Positions 44,087 to 53,931 of a stretch of DNA of 64,000 nt are shown here, piece by piece. This DNA comes from Candidatus Babelota bacterium (GTDB lineage Bacteria; Babelota; Babeliae; Babelales; JACPOV01). A program made the translations under genes and the position numbers. Within the stretch, counting starts at the first letter, position 1. Every line of letters begins with the position of its first letter. The stretch lies in NCBI GenBank assembly GCA_016191325.1, contig JACPOV010000008.1, positions 718,351 to 782,350 of the forward strand. The letters are read 5' to 3'. The notes beneath the pieces were generated by a model. That model was not told the origin of the DNA, ran no database searches, and saw only the letters and a program-made list of their open reading frames with translations.

Positions 44087-45127
44087 ATGAATAGCCCTAT
44101 TTGTTTTGTTGCTGGCGGATCGGGGGGCCATGTAGTTCCTTGTGCCACCATCGCGCAAGAATATCGCGAGCGCACAAATGCACCGTTCCTTTTTTTTACT
44201 TCAGATCGCGCACTTGAGCATTCTATTTTGAAAAATTATTCATTCATAGAAAATCCTGAAAAACTCCGCCTCAAAAAGTTTCCTGGCTGGCGCTTCTGGC
44301 TTTATCCTTCGTTTATAGTGTCGTTTGCCAAAAGTTGCTCCGCAGCATTTTCAGTATTAAAAAAAAATAAGCCATCCAAAATTATCAGCTTTGGTGGCGC
44401 AATTTCTATTCCTGTTTGCTTGAGTGGAGCGCTCCTTGGTATTCCAATTGAGCTTTATGAGCTCAATGCGATTCCAGGAAAAGCAGTACGCTTACTTTCA
44501 TATTTTGCTCAACGCATTTACATTTGCTTCGAGCAAGCGCTCGATAAGTTGCCCACATCAAAATGCATACTTACTCCCTACCCAGTGCGTTTCAAAACTG
44601 CAAAACGCGAACCATTGGCACTTGCGCAACCAAAAGAACACAAGACAATCTTAGTGCTTGGTGGATCTCAAGGATCTGCATTTATTAATTCGTTTATTAA
44701 AAATTGGATTAAAGAAAGTCCACTCGCGCCATCGTTGCATATTATTCACCAAACCGGTGCTCAACATAGAGCCGAACTTATGGAATTTTATACAGCCAAT
44801 CGCGTTACAGCGCATGTTTTTGATTACGATAATGCGCTTGACGCCTATTATCAACAAGCAGATTTAGTTGTATGCCGCGCGGGCGCCGGCTCACTATTTG
44901 AAACTCTTTTTTTTCAAAAACCTTGCATTACCATTCCGCTTGAAAATTGTGCAGACAACCACCAAAATGCAAATGCATCGGCATTTGCTGAGCGTTATCC
45001 CGAACTCGTGTATATTTTGCGCCAAAACGATTTGGTAACCGACCCAGAACTTTTTGATTACGCGGTTCGTATTGCGTTGAACTACGAAGGCCAAGAATCG
45101 GGCCTACCACCCAGCGTAAATACATAA
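44087..45127 (+). CDS. murG: UDP-GlcNAc:lipid I N-acetylglucosaminyltransferase MurG
   Basis: CFVAGGSGGHVVPCATIAQEY, LVLGGSQGSAFIN, DLVVCRAGAGSLFE. Confidence 0.9.
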   Translation: MNSPICFVAGGSGGHVVPCATIAQEYRERTNAPFLFFTSDRALEHSILKNYSFIENPEKLRLKKFPGWRFWLYPSFIVSFAKSCSAAFSVLKKNKPSKIISFGGAISIPVCLSGALLGIPIELYELNAIPGKAVRLLSYFAQRIYICFEQALDKLPTSKCILTPYPVRFKTAKREPLALAQPKEHKTILVLGGSQGSAFINSFIKNWIKESPLAPSLHIIHQTGAQHRAELMEFYTANRVTAHVFDYDNALDAYYQQADLVVCRAGAGSLFETLFFQKPCITIPLENCADNHQNANASAFAERYPELVYILRQNDLVTDPELFDYAVRIALNYEGQESGLPPSVNT

Positions 45128-47010
45128 TAGTTAATCCCTGCTTTTCGCAAAAGTGGATAGTTTGCAATACTTATAGGGCCGTCCAAAATCATATCAACCA
45201 TATGTTGCCCTTGTTGCGTAAGAACACGCTCACCGCTGGCTCCTGAACCATTAACAAAGAGCACCGCATTTCCATTTTCCTGAATATATTTTTTCACCTC
45301 GCTTTGAACATTCGCTTTATTCTTTGGATACTGCGCAAGCCAAGAAAGAAAGTTTTTCTGGGCAGCTTGAGCGATCGAAGGCTTTAAAACAATTGCGCCA
45401 TTTTGATCTTTAGTATACGAATCGTCGGAAAAATAAATGAGTCCCAATAATTGATCAATGCGCAAATCTGGCGGTGGCGCAAAATAATAAAAATTCGCTG
45501 AACTATCAACGCCCGTAGGTAGAAACGAATCGGCAAAAATAACATACCCAATAACTCCTGAACGGTTTCCATCTTTTGGATCGGTGTCAGCAATTAATCC
45601 ATTCGTATTTGCGCTCATTTTAGAGAGATCTAACTCGCCACCAATCAAGCCAGCTTTGGTATACACTGCGCCCTGCCCAATTTTGCCTTCACTCAAACGA
45701 TCGAGAAATTTTTTCGCTTTTGTGTCATCATTAGTTAAGAGAGTGACACCATACAGCCACGCCTCTTTTTCTTTTATTTGTGGACGAATAATCGTAAAAT
45801 CTAAAACTTTTCCCGCTTCCACTTTTTTTGCAATACTATAATCCTGAGTTTTATACGCAACCCAAAATGTTTCAGGCGCGTCGTACGCAATAGAAGTAGT
45901 ATCGTCAGTCGATTCTTTTGTAGCTGCCTTAGTGCGTTCGATTTGGGCCTGCTGCGCCGATTGCCGCCATACATGACATTGAACTGGATTGATATCACGT
46001 AGTTTTCCGGAAATTGGCTGATCAAAATTTCCGATCGATAAACCCTGAATTGTTACATCCAGCGCACCGCTATCTTTAGAATATACTTCATACGTGTAAA
46101 GCATAGGGCCAGCTGGATCGTAAGTTTTGGTGGTTTCATTATATGAAACGTTTCCTATGCCCTGCTGCGCAATCGGCATCGTTGCAAATGGATTGTTTCC
46201 CGCTGAAAAATTAAATGCAGCTTTTTTGCCCGGCTGCGGCCGAATAGAAAAAGGAAAATTTGTTGAGGTAGATTGCAATGAATTGAATGTGCCTGCTTCA
46301 AGAGTTATTTTATAATCCTGGCTATCTTTAACAAATTCGAGCGTCACATCTTTTGCACTATTATTATAGAACATTCCTAGAAAATCGGTTGTCGCCGTTT
46401 TTATCCCCAAATATTCTGCAGCAAAATTAGTTTTTGCTCTATAAACGCGATAGAAATACATATTATTATCATCTTTTGGCCAAGGATAAATATCACGAGA
46501 CAAAATTTGATATTGAGCAGATGCACCCGCTACTTTTTGTAAATCTTGCACAGACGCTTTACCAAGCAACTGAGCAAAACTATTTTTTGGATCCGCAAAA
46601 AGAGCCACACTAAAATAAAGTTGTTGATTTACAAACGATTGGCCACTATTAGTAAACGGCTCAACGATTTGAGCATAATCATAATCTTCTGAAATGCTCA
46701 TCCCCATTGCCGGAACAATTCTTTGCGTGGCAGCAAGTACTGCATTTGCCGTATCGTTCCATACTTGAAAGCTATAATGATAATCTGCCGTGACGATACC
46801 AACACTTTGGCCTATACCGTTAAGGAAACCACTCGCGCCATCACTAGCATTTTGCGCCGTATTTACAAACTTATTTTTTAAATCGTCCCACTTTTGGTCA
46901 ATATTTTCGTTTTTATTTGATTGATCGTTCTGGCTAGCGTGGCCCAAATGAGGCGTTATGAGAGAAAGAAAAATTATCACCCAATAAAATGGATTGCCGA
47001 TTATGCTCAT
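45082..47010 (-). CDS. large secreted hypothetical protein (642 aa)
   Basis: Start moved to the ATG at 47010 (AAGGAG SD). Signal peptide MSIIGNPFYWVIIFLSLITPHLGHA. No recognisable domain. The 3' end overlaps murG convergently by 46 nt. Confidence 0.65.
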   Translation of the reverse strand: MSIIGNPFYWVIIFLSLITPHLGHASQNDQSNKNENIDQKWDDLKNKFVNTAQNASDGASGFLNGIGQSVGIVTADYHYSFQVWNDTANAVLAATQRIVPAMGMSISEDYDYAQIVEPFTNSGQSFVNQQLYFSVALFADPKNSFAQLLGKASVQDLQKVAGASAQYQILSRDIYPWPKDDNNMYFYRVYRAKTNFAAEYLGIKTATTDFLGMFYNNSAKDVTLEFVKDSQDYKITLEAGTFNSLQSTSTNFPFSIRPQPGKKAAFNFSAGNNPFATMPIAQQGIGNVSYNETTKTYDPAGPMLYTYEVYSKDSGALDVTIQGLSIGNFDQPISGKLRDINPVQCHVWRQSAQQAQIERTKAATKESTDDTTSIAYDAPETFWVAYKTQDYSIAKKVEAGKVLDFTIIRPQIKEKEAWLYGVTLLTNDDTKAKKFLDRLSEGKIGQGAVYTKAGLIGGELDLSKMSANTNGLIADTDPKDGNRSGVIGYVIFADSFLPTGVDSSANFYYFAPPPDLRIDQLLGLIYFSDDSYTKDQNGAIVLKPSIAQAAQKNFLSWLAQYPKNKANVQSEVKKYIQENGNAVLFVNGSGASGERVLTQQGQHMVDMILDGPISIANYPLLRKAGINYYVFTLGGRPDSWPS

Positions 47011-47101
47011 CCGTTTCTCCTTGCTTCTTAAAAACATTGCTATACTACTAACCTGATTATGCGATTAGCAAGCATTGTATGTGTGCCCAGCAAGCCCCAT
47101 T

Positions 47102-48997
47102 TCATTCGGCAACGAGAATTCTCGTTGCGCGAGAATCGGCCAAAGTGCAACGCTTTCCGGTTTTTTCGTCGATAATTATAGCTTTTAAAGAAGGGTCATA
47201 GGTGAATTTTTTTTGCCCGCATGAAATATATTTCTGCATTGATAACCATAAAGGAAATGCTGTCGCTGATCCAAAAATATATCTCCCCAATGATCGATTG
47301 TCGTCGCAACCTATATAGACGCCGGTCGTGTGCGTTGGCGTTGAGCCAATGAACCAACAGGTGCGGCACGTATTTTCTGTTCCCGTTTTTCCTATCGCTT
47401 CACTTTGCAATAAATCTGGGTGCCTTTTTTTTAATCGCTCGATGCTCAAGCCAAGAATGTGTGCAACTTGTCCACTAACTGCAGGGGCGATCACTTGTTT
47501 TTTTAGCGGCTGTGCTTTCCAAATTTTAGTTCCCCATTGATCTTTTACCCATGAAACAAGATGTGGCTCCACATACGCTCCGTGTTGAGAAAAAATGTTG
47601 AACATTCCTACCGCTTCTTTAAGCGTTCCATCAATGCAGCCAAGTGCAAGCGAAGGATATTCGTGGATTTGACATTTTATTTGGCAGTCACGCGCGAGTT
47701 GTGCTACGCGCGCGGCACCGATGCGCAATAATGTTTTGATCGTCACGATATTATTTGAATGAGAAAGCGCATAGGCAAGCGTCATCGGCCCATCAAACTG
47801 ATTCGAAAAATTTTCTGGCTTCCAAACATTATTTCCCGAAGGAATTTCTAGCGGCTCATCAATCTCAACTTCATCAAATCTAATTCCTTTTTCTACCGCG
47901 GCTGCAAACACGAGCGGTTTTAATATTGAACCAAATTGCCGATGCGCTCCGTGCGCTCGATCAAATTTCGATGCAGCAAAATTGTATCCGCCCACAAGCG
48001 CTTTGATTTCGCCCGTCGCACCTTCCATAACGATAACGCTTCCATCTATTTCTGGCATCATCTTAATACGTAGTTGGCTAATTTTTTTTTCAAATTCTTC
48101 TTCAGCGTCCTTTTGCATCTGCAGATTTATTGTCGATTGAATAATCAGGCCGCCCTTGTACAATAGATCGCGCCCAATTGCTTGTTCTGCAAATGCACGA
48201 ATCCATTCTTTTGCATGTGGTGCGTGCATCGCTGTGGGCTTTGCAAGCTCAAGCGGTTTTTTTATCAAATTTTCGTAATCGTCTCTTTTAATAAATTCGC
48301 ATTGAAGCATCGAATGCAAAATAATATTTCTGCGCTCTTGGCAAGAAAGCGGAAACAAGAGCGGGCAATAATGCCCCGGCGATTTCATGATCGATGCAAG
48401 AACCGCAGCTTGATCAATCGTTACATCTTGCACCGAGCAATTCCAAAAACGTTGGCTCGCTGCTTGAATGCCATAAATACCACAACCAAAATAAACGTTA
48501 TTTAGATAAAGTTCTAGAATTTGATGTTTGCTTAATTGCTGTTCCAACATCAATGAAACAATTTGTTCTTTAATTTTGCGAATGAATGTTTTTTGTGGAT
48601 CAAAATAAAGCATTCGCACGAGCTGCTGCGTGATAGTGCTCGCACCCTGCATTTTTTTTCGGTGATAAATATTAACAAATAAAGAACGAATAATACCGCG
48701 CCAAGAAATGCCGGTATGTTTAAAAAAAGAACGGTCTTCTGCCGCGACAAATGCTTGGATTACATGCTCAGGGACGGCTGAAATAGTTATTGGCTCTTTA
48801 CGGTCTACTTGAAAGCGTGCCCATTCAACCCCTTCATCATCAAGAATAATTGAAGGGCGAACAGCACTATCCCGATGCAAAGCTGAAACATCAATCCAGG
48901 GATATGCTGCAATAAAAACAAAACAGCCAAAAAGCAGTCCTAAAAAAGAACCAAAAAAAATAAGGAAAAGTGTCAACACACGTGAATATATGTTCAT
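47102..48997 (-). CDS. mrcA: class A penicillin-binding protein (glycosyltransferase GT51 + transpeptidase)
   Basis: N-terminal TM. GT51 motifs EDRSFFKHTGISWRGIIRS and GASTITQQLVR. Transpeptidase motifs SILKP (SxxK), SHSNN (SxN) and KTGT. Confidence 0.9.
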   Translation of the reverse strand: MNIYSRVLTLFLIFFGSFLGLLFGCFVFIAAYPWIDVSALHRDSAVRPSIILDDEGVEWARFQVDRKEPITISAVPEHVIQAFVAAEDRSFFKHTGISWRGIIRSLFVNIYHRKKMQGASTITQQLVRMLYFDPQKTFIRKIKEQIVSLMLEQQLSKHQILELYLNNVYFGCGIYGIQAASQRFWNCSVQDVTIDQAAVLASIMKSPGHYCPLLFPLSCQERRNIILHSMLQCEFIKRDDYENLIKKPLELAKPTAMHAPHAKEWIRAFAEQAIGRDLLYKGGLIIQSTINLQMQKDAEEEFEKKISQLRIKMMPEIDGSVIVMEGATGEIKALVGGYNFAASKFDRAHGAHRQFGSILKPLVFAAAVEKGIRFDEVEIDEPLEIPSGNNVWKPENFSNQFDGPMTLAYALSHSNNIVTIKTLLRIGAARVAQLARDCQIKCQIHEYPSLALGCIDGTLKEAVGMFNIFSQHGAYVEPHLVSWVKDQWGTKIWKAQPLKKQVIAPAVSGQVAHILGLSIERLKKRHPDLLQSEAIGKTGTENTCRTCWFIGSTPTHTTGVYIGCDDNRSLGRYIFGSATAFPLWLSMQKYISCGQKKFTYDPSLKAIIIDEKTGKRCTLADSRATRILVAE

Positions 48998-49007
48998 AAA
49001 AAGGATA

Positions 49008-49040
49008 AAAAAAGGCCGCTTTTTTAAACGGCCTTTTTTA
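49008..49040. terminator. bidirectional hairpin terminator
   Basis: AAAAAAA GGCCG CTTTTTTAAA CGGCC TTTTTT, downstream of the 49077..49358 gene. Confidence 0.55.
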
Positions 49041-49076
49041 AATTCAAATTAATCAATGACTAATTCGAGCTCACAC

Positions 49077-49358
49077 TTAATTACGTGCAGCAAGCTTTGT
49101 CATATCATCTGATGTTTGTTCTTCTTGGCTAGAAACAATTTTGTAAACAACCAAAACACCAGCAATAAGAGCTGCGCCCACGCCATATTTAATTGGATGA
49201 GAACGAACGTGTGCTACAACAGATGATCCAACTTCTTTAATACGCGCAATAACTGAAGTATTGTCAACTGACTTAACCTCAACTTCTGCAGAAATATTAG
49301 AAACATTTACAAGTACTAAGCTAGCAAGTGCCGCCCCGAATAATAGATTTTTTTTCAT
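49077..49358 (-). CDS. small secreted/membrane protein, hypothetical
   Basis: Signal peptide MKKNLLFGAALASLVLVNVSNISA and an internal TM YGVGAALIAGVLVVY. 93 aa. Confidence 0.55.
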   Translation of the reverse strand: MKKNLLFGAALASLVLVNVSNISAEVEVKSVDNTSVIARIKEVGSSVVAHVRSHPIKYGVGAALIAGVLVVYKIVSSQEEQTSDDMTKLAARN

Positions 49359-49474
49359 AAGATCAACTCCTAAAAATAATGGTATCCTTATTATTTCGTA
49401 TAAAAGTTACTTGAATAAGGTGGTTTGTCAATATAATATCTCGATGGAGTCAATTTTTTAACGGAGGACCCAAA

Positions 49475-49918
49475 TTGAATATTATTTGCGCACCCAATAT
49501 ATATGTAATTCTGCCCGTATTTTTTTTTGCTGATCTTTCTGTAGCCTATTTTTTCTCCTATCCTTATTTGCAATTATTATGGTCACTTTTTTCTGTGGCA
49601 CTTTTTGCTACCAATTCTCTACCAACGCTGTGCGCACTGCTCGGCTTTCTTTATCTTGAATATTTTTCTTATATTTCATGTGCGCAGGAAAGTGTTACCG
49701 TTATTGCATACGCCACCTTATGGATCGTGCCTCTTCTGCCTTTTTTGAATTACAGGATAGATCTTTTTTCGTATATATTTTTGGGTTTTTCACTCATTAT
49801 GGCCCATTTTTTGCAAAATCCATCTTGGATACTCACGCGAAGCGAGATATCCTGTACCATTCTTCAGATTTTTGTTAATCTAATACTGATTCGCATACTT
49901 TTGAAATATAAGAATTAG
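49475..49918 (+). CDS. polytopic small membrane protein, hypothetical
   Basis: TTG start with GGAGGA SD 7 nt upstream. 4-5 hydrophobic helices. The stop abuts the 5' end of rnpB. Confidence 0.5.
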   Translation: MNIICAPNIYVILPVFFFADLSVAYFFSYPYLQLLWSLFSVALFATNSLPTLCALLGFLYLEYFSYISCAQESVTVIAYATLWIVPLLPFLNYRIDLFSYIFLGFSLIMAHFLQNPSWILTRSEISCTILQIFVNLILIRILLKYKN

Positions 49919-50255
49919 AGGCAATCTAGACAATCGCTTTCCCCTATAAAACAGGGAAAGAGGAAAGTCCGGACTCCTAACGAAAAAGCACCTTAGAAAC
50001 TAAGGGGGGCGTAAGCCCATGGAAAGTGCCACAGAAAATAACCGCCTTTTTGTATAAAAAAGGTAAGGGTGAAAACGTGCGGTAAGAGCGCACGCGTTAT
50101 TCTAGTGATAGCATAGCGAGGCAAACCCTGCTTGGAGCAAGACACAATAGGCACGGACGGTATTCGTTCCGGTTTTTACGTGCGGGTACGTCGCATAGAT
50201 AAATGATTGTCATTCGCGCAAGCGAAAACAGAATCTGGCTTACTGATTGCCTTTA
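49919..50255 (+). ncRNA. rnpB: RNase P RNA, bacterial type A
   Basis: GAGGAAAGTCCGGACTCC (P4 5' strand), GTGCCACAGAAA, GGTAAGGGTGAAA, GGTAAGAGCGCAC, ACAGAATCTGGCTTA (P4 3' strand). P1 pairs AGGCAATC (49919-49926) with GATTGCCT (50245-50252). P3 hairpin is TTTCCCCTATAAAACAGGGAAA. Confidence 0.95.
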
Positions 50256-50281
50256 ACCTTTTTCTTAACAGCACAACGACC

Positions 50282-50980
50282 TTGAAAATTAGTTCATTCT
50301 TTTGGATACTTCCATTTATAAGTTGTATTGCTGGCTACAGCATTCTTTATGTTCGCTACGCTCAGCAACAAATACCAGTTCCGCCACTTATTGGCAGCAC
50401 TGTGCACAATGCATCACTTCTTCTTGCAGAAAATCAACTTAATTTGCGCCTCCTTGCACAAAAAGAAGATAACGATTTGCCAGAAGGCACCATCGTAAAT
50501 CAAACACCGCAAGCTGGCCAATTAACACGTATTAATCAACCAGTTTTTTGTGTTGTCTCAAAAAAATCAACACTTATGCAAGCGCCTGATTTCATAGGAA
50601 AATCTATTTATGAAATCGATCAACTAGCAAAGAAGAATTCATTGCGTTTGAGCGTTTATGAAGTTCCGAGCTTGCAACCATCTGGCGCCTGCATCGGCCA
50701 AATTCCCGCAGCAAACACAGATTTAATAAACCGAAAACTAATGGTATATATCACGGCACCCGCAAACAAAGAATTTATTTTTCCAGATATCTGTGGCAAA
50801 AAAGTTTCGGATCTGATTTCTTTTATTGATGAGAATAATTTTAAAATAGAAATCGTGCATAATCGTGAGAAAACCTTCGCACACGATTGTTCAAAATGCA
50901 CCATCCGCGAACAACGTCCGCTTGCCGGCACAATTATTAATCAAAAAAACTATCTCTCGGTTCAGCTCTTGGTTGAATAA
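50282..50980 (+). CDS. membrane-anchored protein with three PASTA domains (no kinase or PBP domain)
   Basis: Start moved to in-frame TTG 50282 because the track start (50207) lies inside rnpB. TM FFWILPFISCIAGYSILYV. Three ~65-aa PASTA-like units begin VPPLIGSTVHNA, APDFIGKSIYEI and FPDICGKKVSDL. Confidence 0.65.
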   Translation: MKISSFFWILPFISCIAGYSILYVRYAQQQIPVPPLIGSTVHNASLLLAENQLNLRLLAQKEDNDLPEGTIVNQTPQAGQLTRINQPVFCVVSKKSTLMQAPDFIGKSIYEIDQLAKKNSLRLSVYEVPSLQPSGACIGQIPAANTDLINRKLMVYITAPANKEFIFPDICGKKVSDLISFIDENNFKIEIVHNREKTFAHDCSKCTIREQRPLAGTIINQKNYLSVQLLVE

Positions 50981-51039
50981 GCAAAATCCTTTGTTATACT
51001 GAACTCGAATTCCATATGTTTTTTTCTCAAGGAGAATTT

Positions 51040-51558
51040 ATGAAAAAACAAATCTCACTTTATGCTTTTGCATTTGTTTCATCTCTTGCGCAAGCAGATT
51101 GCTCAACATGCCCTGCTGCTGAATCTACTTCAATGAGAGAAATGGCAAACAAAATTGAAGGAATCGAGTTCAGATTTTCTGTAAGCAGAAAACCTGGATG
51201 CGACGAAGCAAATTGGAATCGCATTGTTGGCATGGCAAGTGATTGCATTATGATGTGCCAAAATCAAGCTGATCAAACAAATATTATGCCTGAAGTTTCA
51301 AGCGTAATGTGCCAAATCGCTGATTGCTGCAAGATGGATAAAAACCTCGAAGGTAATTTGTCTATCGGCGCTTTTGCTGATTCAGAAGAAACCACACGCC
51401 AAATGCCAATGGACGAAACCTGCAACACCTGCGAATCAGAATGCCAAGATGGCGTTTGCCCAGCAGTAAAGAACGAAGAAGTGTGTTGCGAACAAGTATG
51501 CGAAAAAGATGCTTGTGCAGAAAATTGTGCATCTACTGATATGCAAATGACTGCTTAA
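51040..51558 (+). CDS. secreted Cys/Met-rich protein, possible metal-binding
   Basis: Start moved to the ATG at 51040 (AAGGAG SD). Signal peptide MKKQISLYAFAFVSSLAQA. 17 Cys in the mature part, including CC pairs and CxxC/CxxxC spacing. Confidence 0.6.
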   Translation: MKKQISLYAFAFVSSLAQADCSTCPAAESTSMREMANKIEGIEFRFSVSRKPGCDEANWNRIVGMASDCIMMCQNQADQTNIMPEVSSVMCQIADCCKMDKNLEGNLSIGAFADSEETTRQMPMDETCNTCESECQDGVCPAVKNEEVCCEQVCEKDACAENCASTDMQMTA

Positions 51559-51582
51559 TAGCTTTTAAAAAACAACTATCTT

Positions 51583-51616
51583 AAGGGACGGCATTCGCTG
51601 TCCCTTATTTTTTTTA
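51583..51616 (+). terminator. rho-independent terminator
   Basis: AAGGGAC ... GTCCCTT stem followed by ATTTTTTTTT, just after the Cys-rich gene. Confidence 0.7.
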
Positions 51617-51624
51617 GGAGATAA

Positions 51625-52191
51625 ATGAAGTTAAAAAATATACTCGTTATTTTAATCATTGCACAAAGTTTCATCATTTATTCAGAAGATACTTTGCAGC
51701 AGAACTTTCAAACAGTAGCAATTATTCCTGGGTTACAAATTTTCCAAGGGATCGCTTCACAAAGTGAAATAATTTCGGTACAGGATGGAACAATCAAAGG
51801 AAATTTGGTGGTGCCAAGCGAGGCTCAAAAAAAGGGATTGGCGCTCATTTCTAAAATCAACGGAAATAAAGCTGCTTCTGAAAAATTACTCAGTGCTTAT
51901 GTAAACTATTTGAAAGAGATTGATCTCGTTCCAGATGCTGAACAACTTTCAGCGATAGAATTAATGATCAATTCAACTGCAATGCAAGCGCTCATGTTTT
52001 TGAATCTGCAGCACCGCAAAGAAAAGCAGCTGATTGAAATTTTCAAAAAAAATAATACCGATACTGAAAAAATTGCAGCGATCGAAGAATATAATAATCA
52101 AAGGCTTGCAGAATTCACCTTATTTCTCAATCAAACAAGAGATCTCATGAAAGAGCACTTCTTTCCTAAGTTTGAAGTTACAAAAAAATAA
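51625..52191 (+). CDS. secreted hypothetical protein
   Basis: Signal peptide MKLKNILVILIIAQSFIIYS. 188 aa, helical-looking. No family recognised. Confidence 0.55.
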   Translation: MKLKNILVILIIAQSFIIYSEDTLQQNFQTVAIIPGLQIFQGIASQSEIISVQDGTIKGNLVVPSEAQKKGLALISKINGNKAASEKLLSAYVNYLKEIDLVPDAEQLSAIELMINSTAMQALMFLNLQHRKEKQLIEIFKKNNTDTEKIAAIEEYNNQRLAEFTLFLNQTRDLMKEHFFPKFEVTKK

Positions 52192-52208
52192 TAAGTGATA
52201 GTAAAAAT

Positions 52209-52233
52209 AAAGAGGCATGCTTTATGCCTCTTT
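52209..52233. terminator. bidirectional hairpin terminator between convergent genes
   Basis: AAAGAGGCAT GCTTT ATGCCTCTTT: a perfect 10-bp stem with A/T-rich flanks on both sides. Confidence 0.7.
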
Positions 52234-52237
52234 TATA

Positions 52238-53245
52238 TTAATTTATAATAACGCATTCTTGTTCGAGTGGTCTTTTCATGAGCTCATTAAGCAAATCATC
52301 AATTTTTTTTATTCCAACAATTATTTCGTAAACACCCTTGCATACAGGCAAATCAAGTGAAAGCTCGGCGATCAATTGATTTACGGAAGCTGCGGTATTT
52401 ACACCCTCGGGAATGTATCCTGTTTGCGCAAGAATGTGCTCAATTGTTTGTCCTTTTCCAATTCGCTTTCCAACTTCGCGATTGCGACTGCGCTCTCCCA
52501 TCGCAGTAAGCACTAAATCTCCCACCCCAGAAAGCCCGAAGACCGTTTCCGCTCGTCCACCACGCAATTGGCAAATAAGCATCATTTCATGAAGCCCGCG
52601 CGTGAGAATAAAAGATTTTACATTATCTGAATAACCTGCCCCATCAAGCATCCCGATTGCCAGCGCAATAACATTTTTGAGTGCACCGCCTATTTGCACA
52701 CCAATAAGATCGAGCGATAAATAGGATCTAAAAAAATCGTTGCTCAACATTTTTTGCAATTCTAAACCGAAATCACAATCGGTGGTAGCTAAAGTTACTG
52801 CTGTGATTTGCTGAGTTGCGACATCCTGCGCAAAACTTGGGCCGACCAGTGCCGCTTTGTGTGCAACCGGGCCAAGAACATCATCAAGCATTTGCGTTGG
52901 CAATAATAATGTTTTGTTTTCAATACCCTTAGAAAGAACAACCCATTTTTGATCTGGTTTCACATATTTTTTGCAATTTTCTAACGTTGAACGTAAATAT
53001 TGAACCGGAATTGCTTCAAATATTATAGAAGAAGTATTAAATAATTCTTCTAAATCTGTGGTCGGCGTAATACGATCTGAAAGAATAATACCGGGCAGAT
53101 AGCGGGAATTAGTTTTTTTTGTTCGAATTTCTTGAGCAACTTCTTTATCATGGCACCACAAATGAACATTGAATCCATTATGGGCAAGCAATGTTGCAAT
53201 TGCTGTTCCCCAATTCCCCTCACCAAGAAGTGCCACGTGCTTCAT
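52238..53245 (-). CDS. gpsA: NAD(P)H-dependent glycerol-3-phosphate dehydrogenase
   Basis: VALLGEGNWGTAIATLLAHNG, GALKNVIALAIGMLDG, GDLVLT. 335 aa. Confidence 0.92.
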   Translation of the reverse strand: MKHVALLGEGNWGTAIATLLAHNGFNVHLWCHDKEVAQEIRTKKTNSRYLPGIILSDRITPTTDLEELFNTSSIIFEAIPVQYLRSTLENCKKYVKPDQKWVVLSKGIENKTLLLPTQMLDDVLGPVAHKAALVGPSFAQDVATQQITAVTLATTDCDFGLELQKMLSNDFFRSYLSLDLIGVQIGGALKNVIALAIGMLDGAGYSDNVKSFILTRGLHEMMLICQLRGGRAETVFGLSGVGDLVLTAMGERSRNREVGKRIGKGQTIEHILAQTGYIPEGVNTAASVNQLIAELSLDLPVCKGVYEIIVGIKKIDDLLNELMKRPLEQECVIIN

Positions 53246-53931
53246 GTACCAAAATTCCTTTTACTTTCTTCAAAATTTAAACAAGCAGCTTGCAGATGAT
53301 CTTCGGTAATTTCTGGCCAAAAACAATCGAGAAAATAAAATTCACTGTAAGCCGCTTGATAGAGAAGGAAATTACTCATCCGTTTGGTACCACCAGTACG
53401 AATAATCATATCTGGCTCAGGAATACCGGCAGTCCACAATGAATTATTGAGTGTTTCATCAGTAATATCATTTTCCGAAAGTTCACCGTTTTTTATTTTC
53501 TGAATTATAGATTTAACGCCTTGTATAATTTCCTGCCGAGCACCGTAGCAAAAAAGAAAGTTTACTTGCAGGTTATGCCCTTGGTTCGTTTGAGATTCTA
53601 GATTCTCAATTGTTGAAAGTAATTGCGCAGGAAAAAGTGATCGATCGCCAATAAATCGGGCACGCACACCATATTTAAGAAAATCGTCGACAAGTTGAGG
53701 CGCTTTTGAAGCAAGCAAATCAAAAAGGTAACTGCGCTCATGTTCTGATCGTTTAAAATTTTCAATCGAAAACGTATAAAGCGAAAGATAGGCAATTTTC
53801 TTCTTTAAACAGAATTCCACCGCTCGCTTTGCTGCTTCAAAACCGTTTGAATGACCGATAAGAGAACCCAGACCTTTTGATCGAGCCCAGCGCCGATTAC
53901 CATCCATAATAATTGCCAAATGCTTCATCAT
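53242..53931 (-). CDS. uppS: undecaprenyl-diphosphate synthase (cis-isoprenyl transferase)
   Basis: HLAIIMDGNRRWARSKGL, IIRTGGTKRMSNFLLYQAAYSEFYF. 4-nt overlaps with both neighbours. Confidence 0.92.
   Translation of the reverse strand: MMKHLAIIMDGNRRWARSKGLGSLIGHSNGFEAAKRAVEFCLKKKIAYLSLYTFSIENFKRSEHERSYLFDLLASKAPQLVDDFLKYGVRARFIGDRSLFPAQLLSTIENLESQTNQGHNLQVNFLFCYGARQEIIQGVKSIIQKIKNGELSENDITDETLNNSLWTAGIPEPDMIIRTGGTKRMSNFLLYQAAYSEFYFLDCFWPEITEDHLQAACLNFEESKRNFGT

Noticed and set aside
50207-50281. N-terminal extension of the PASTA-protein ORF (track start 50207)
   Set aside because: It overlaps the 3' part of RNase P RNA (the ACAGAATCTGGCTTA P4 strand and the P1 strand). The in-frame TTG at 50282 gives a normal TM N-terminus.
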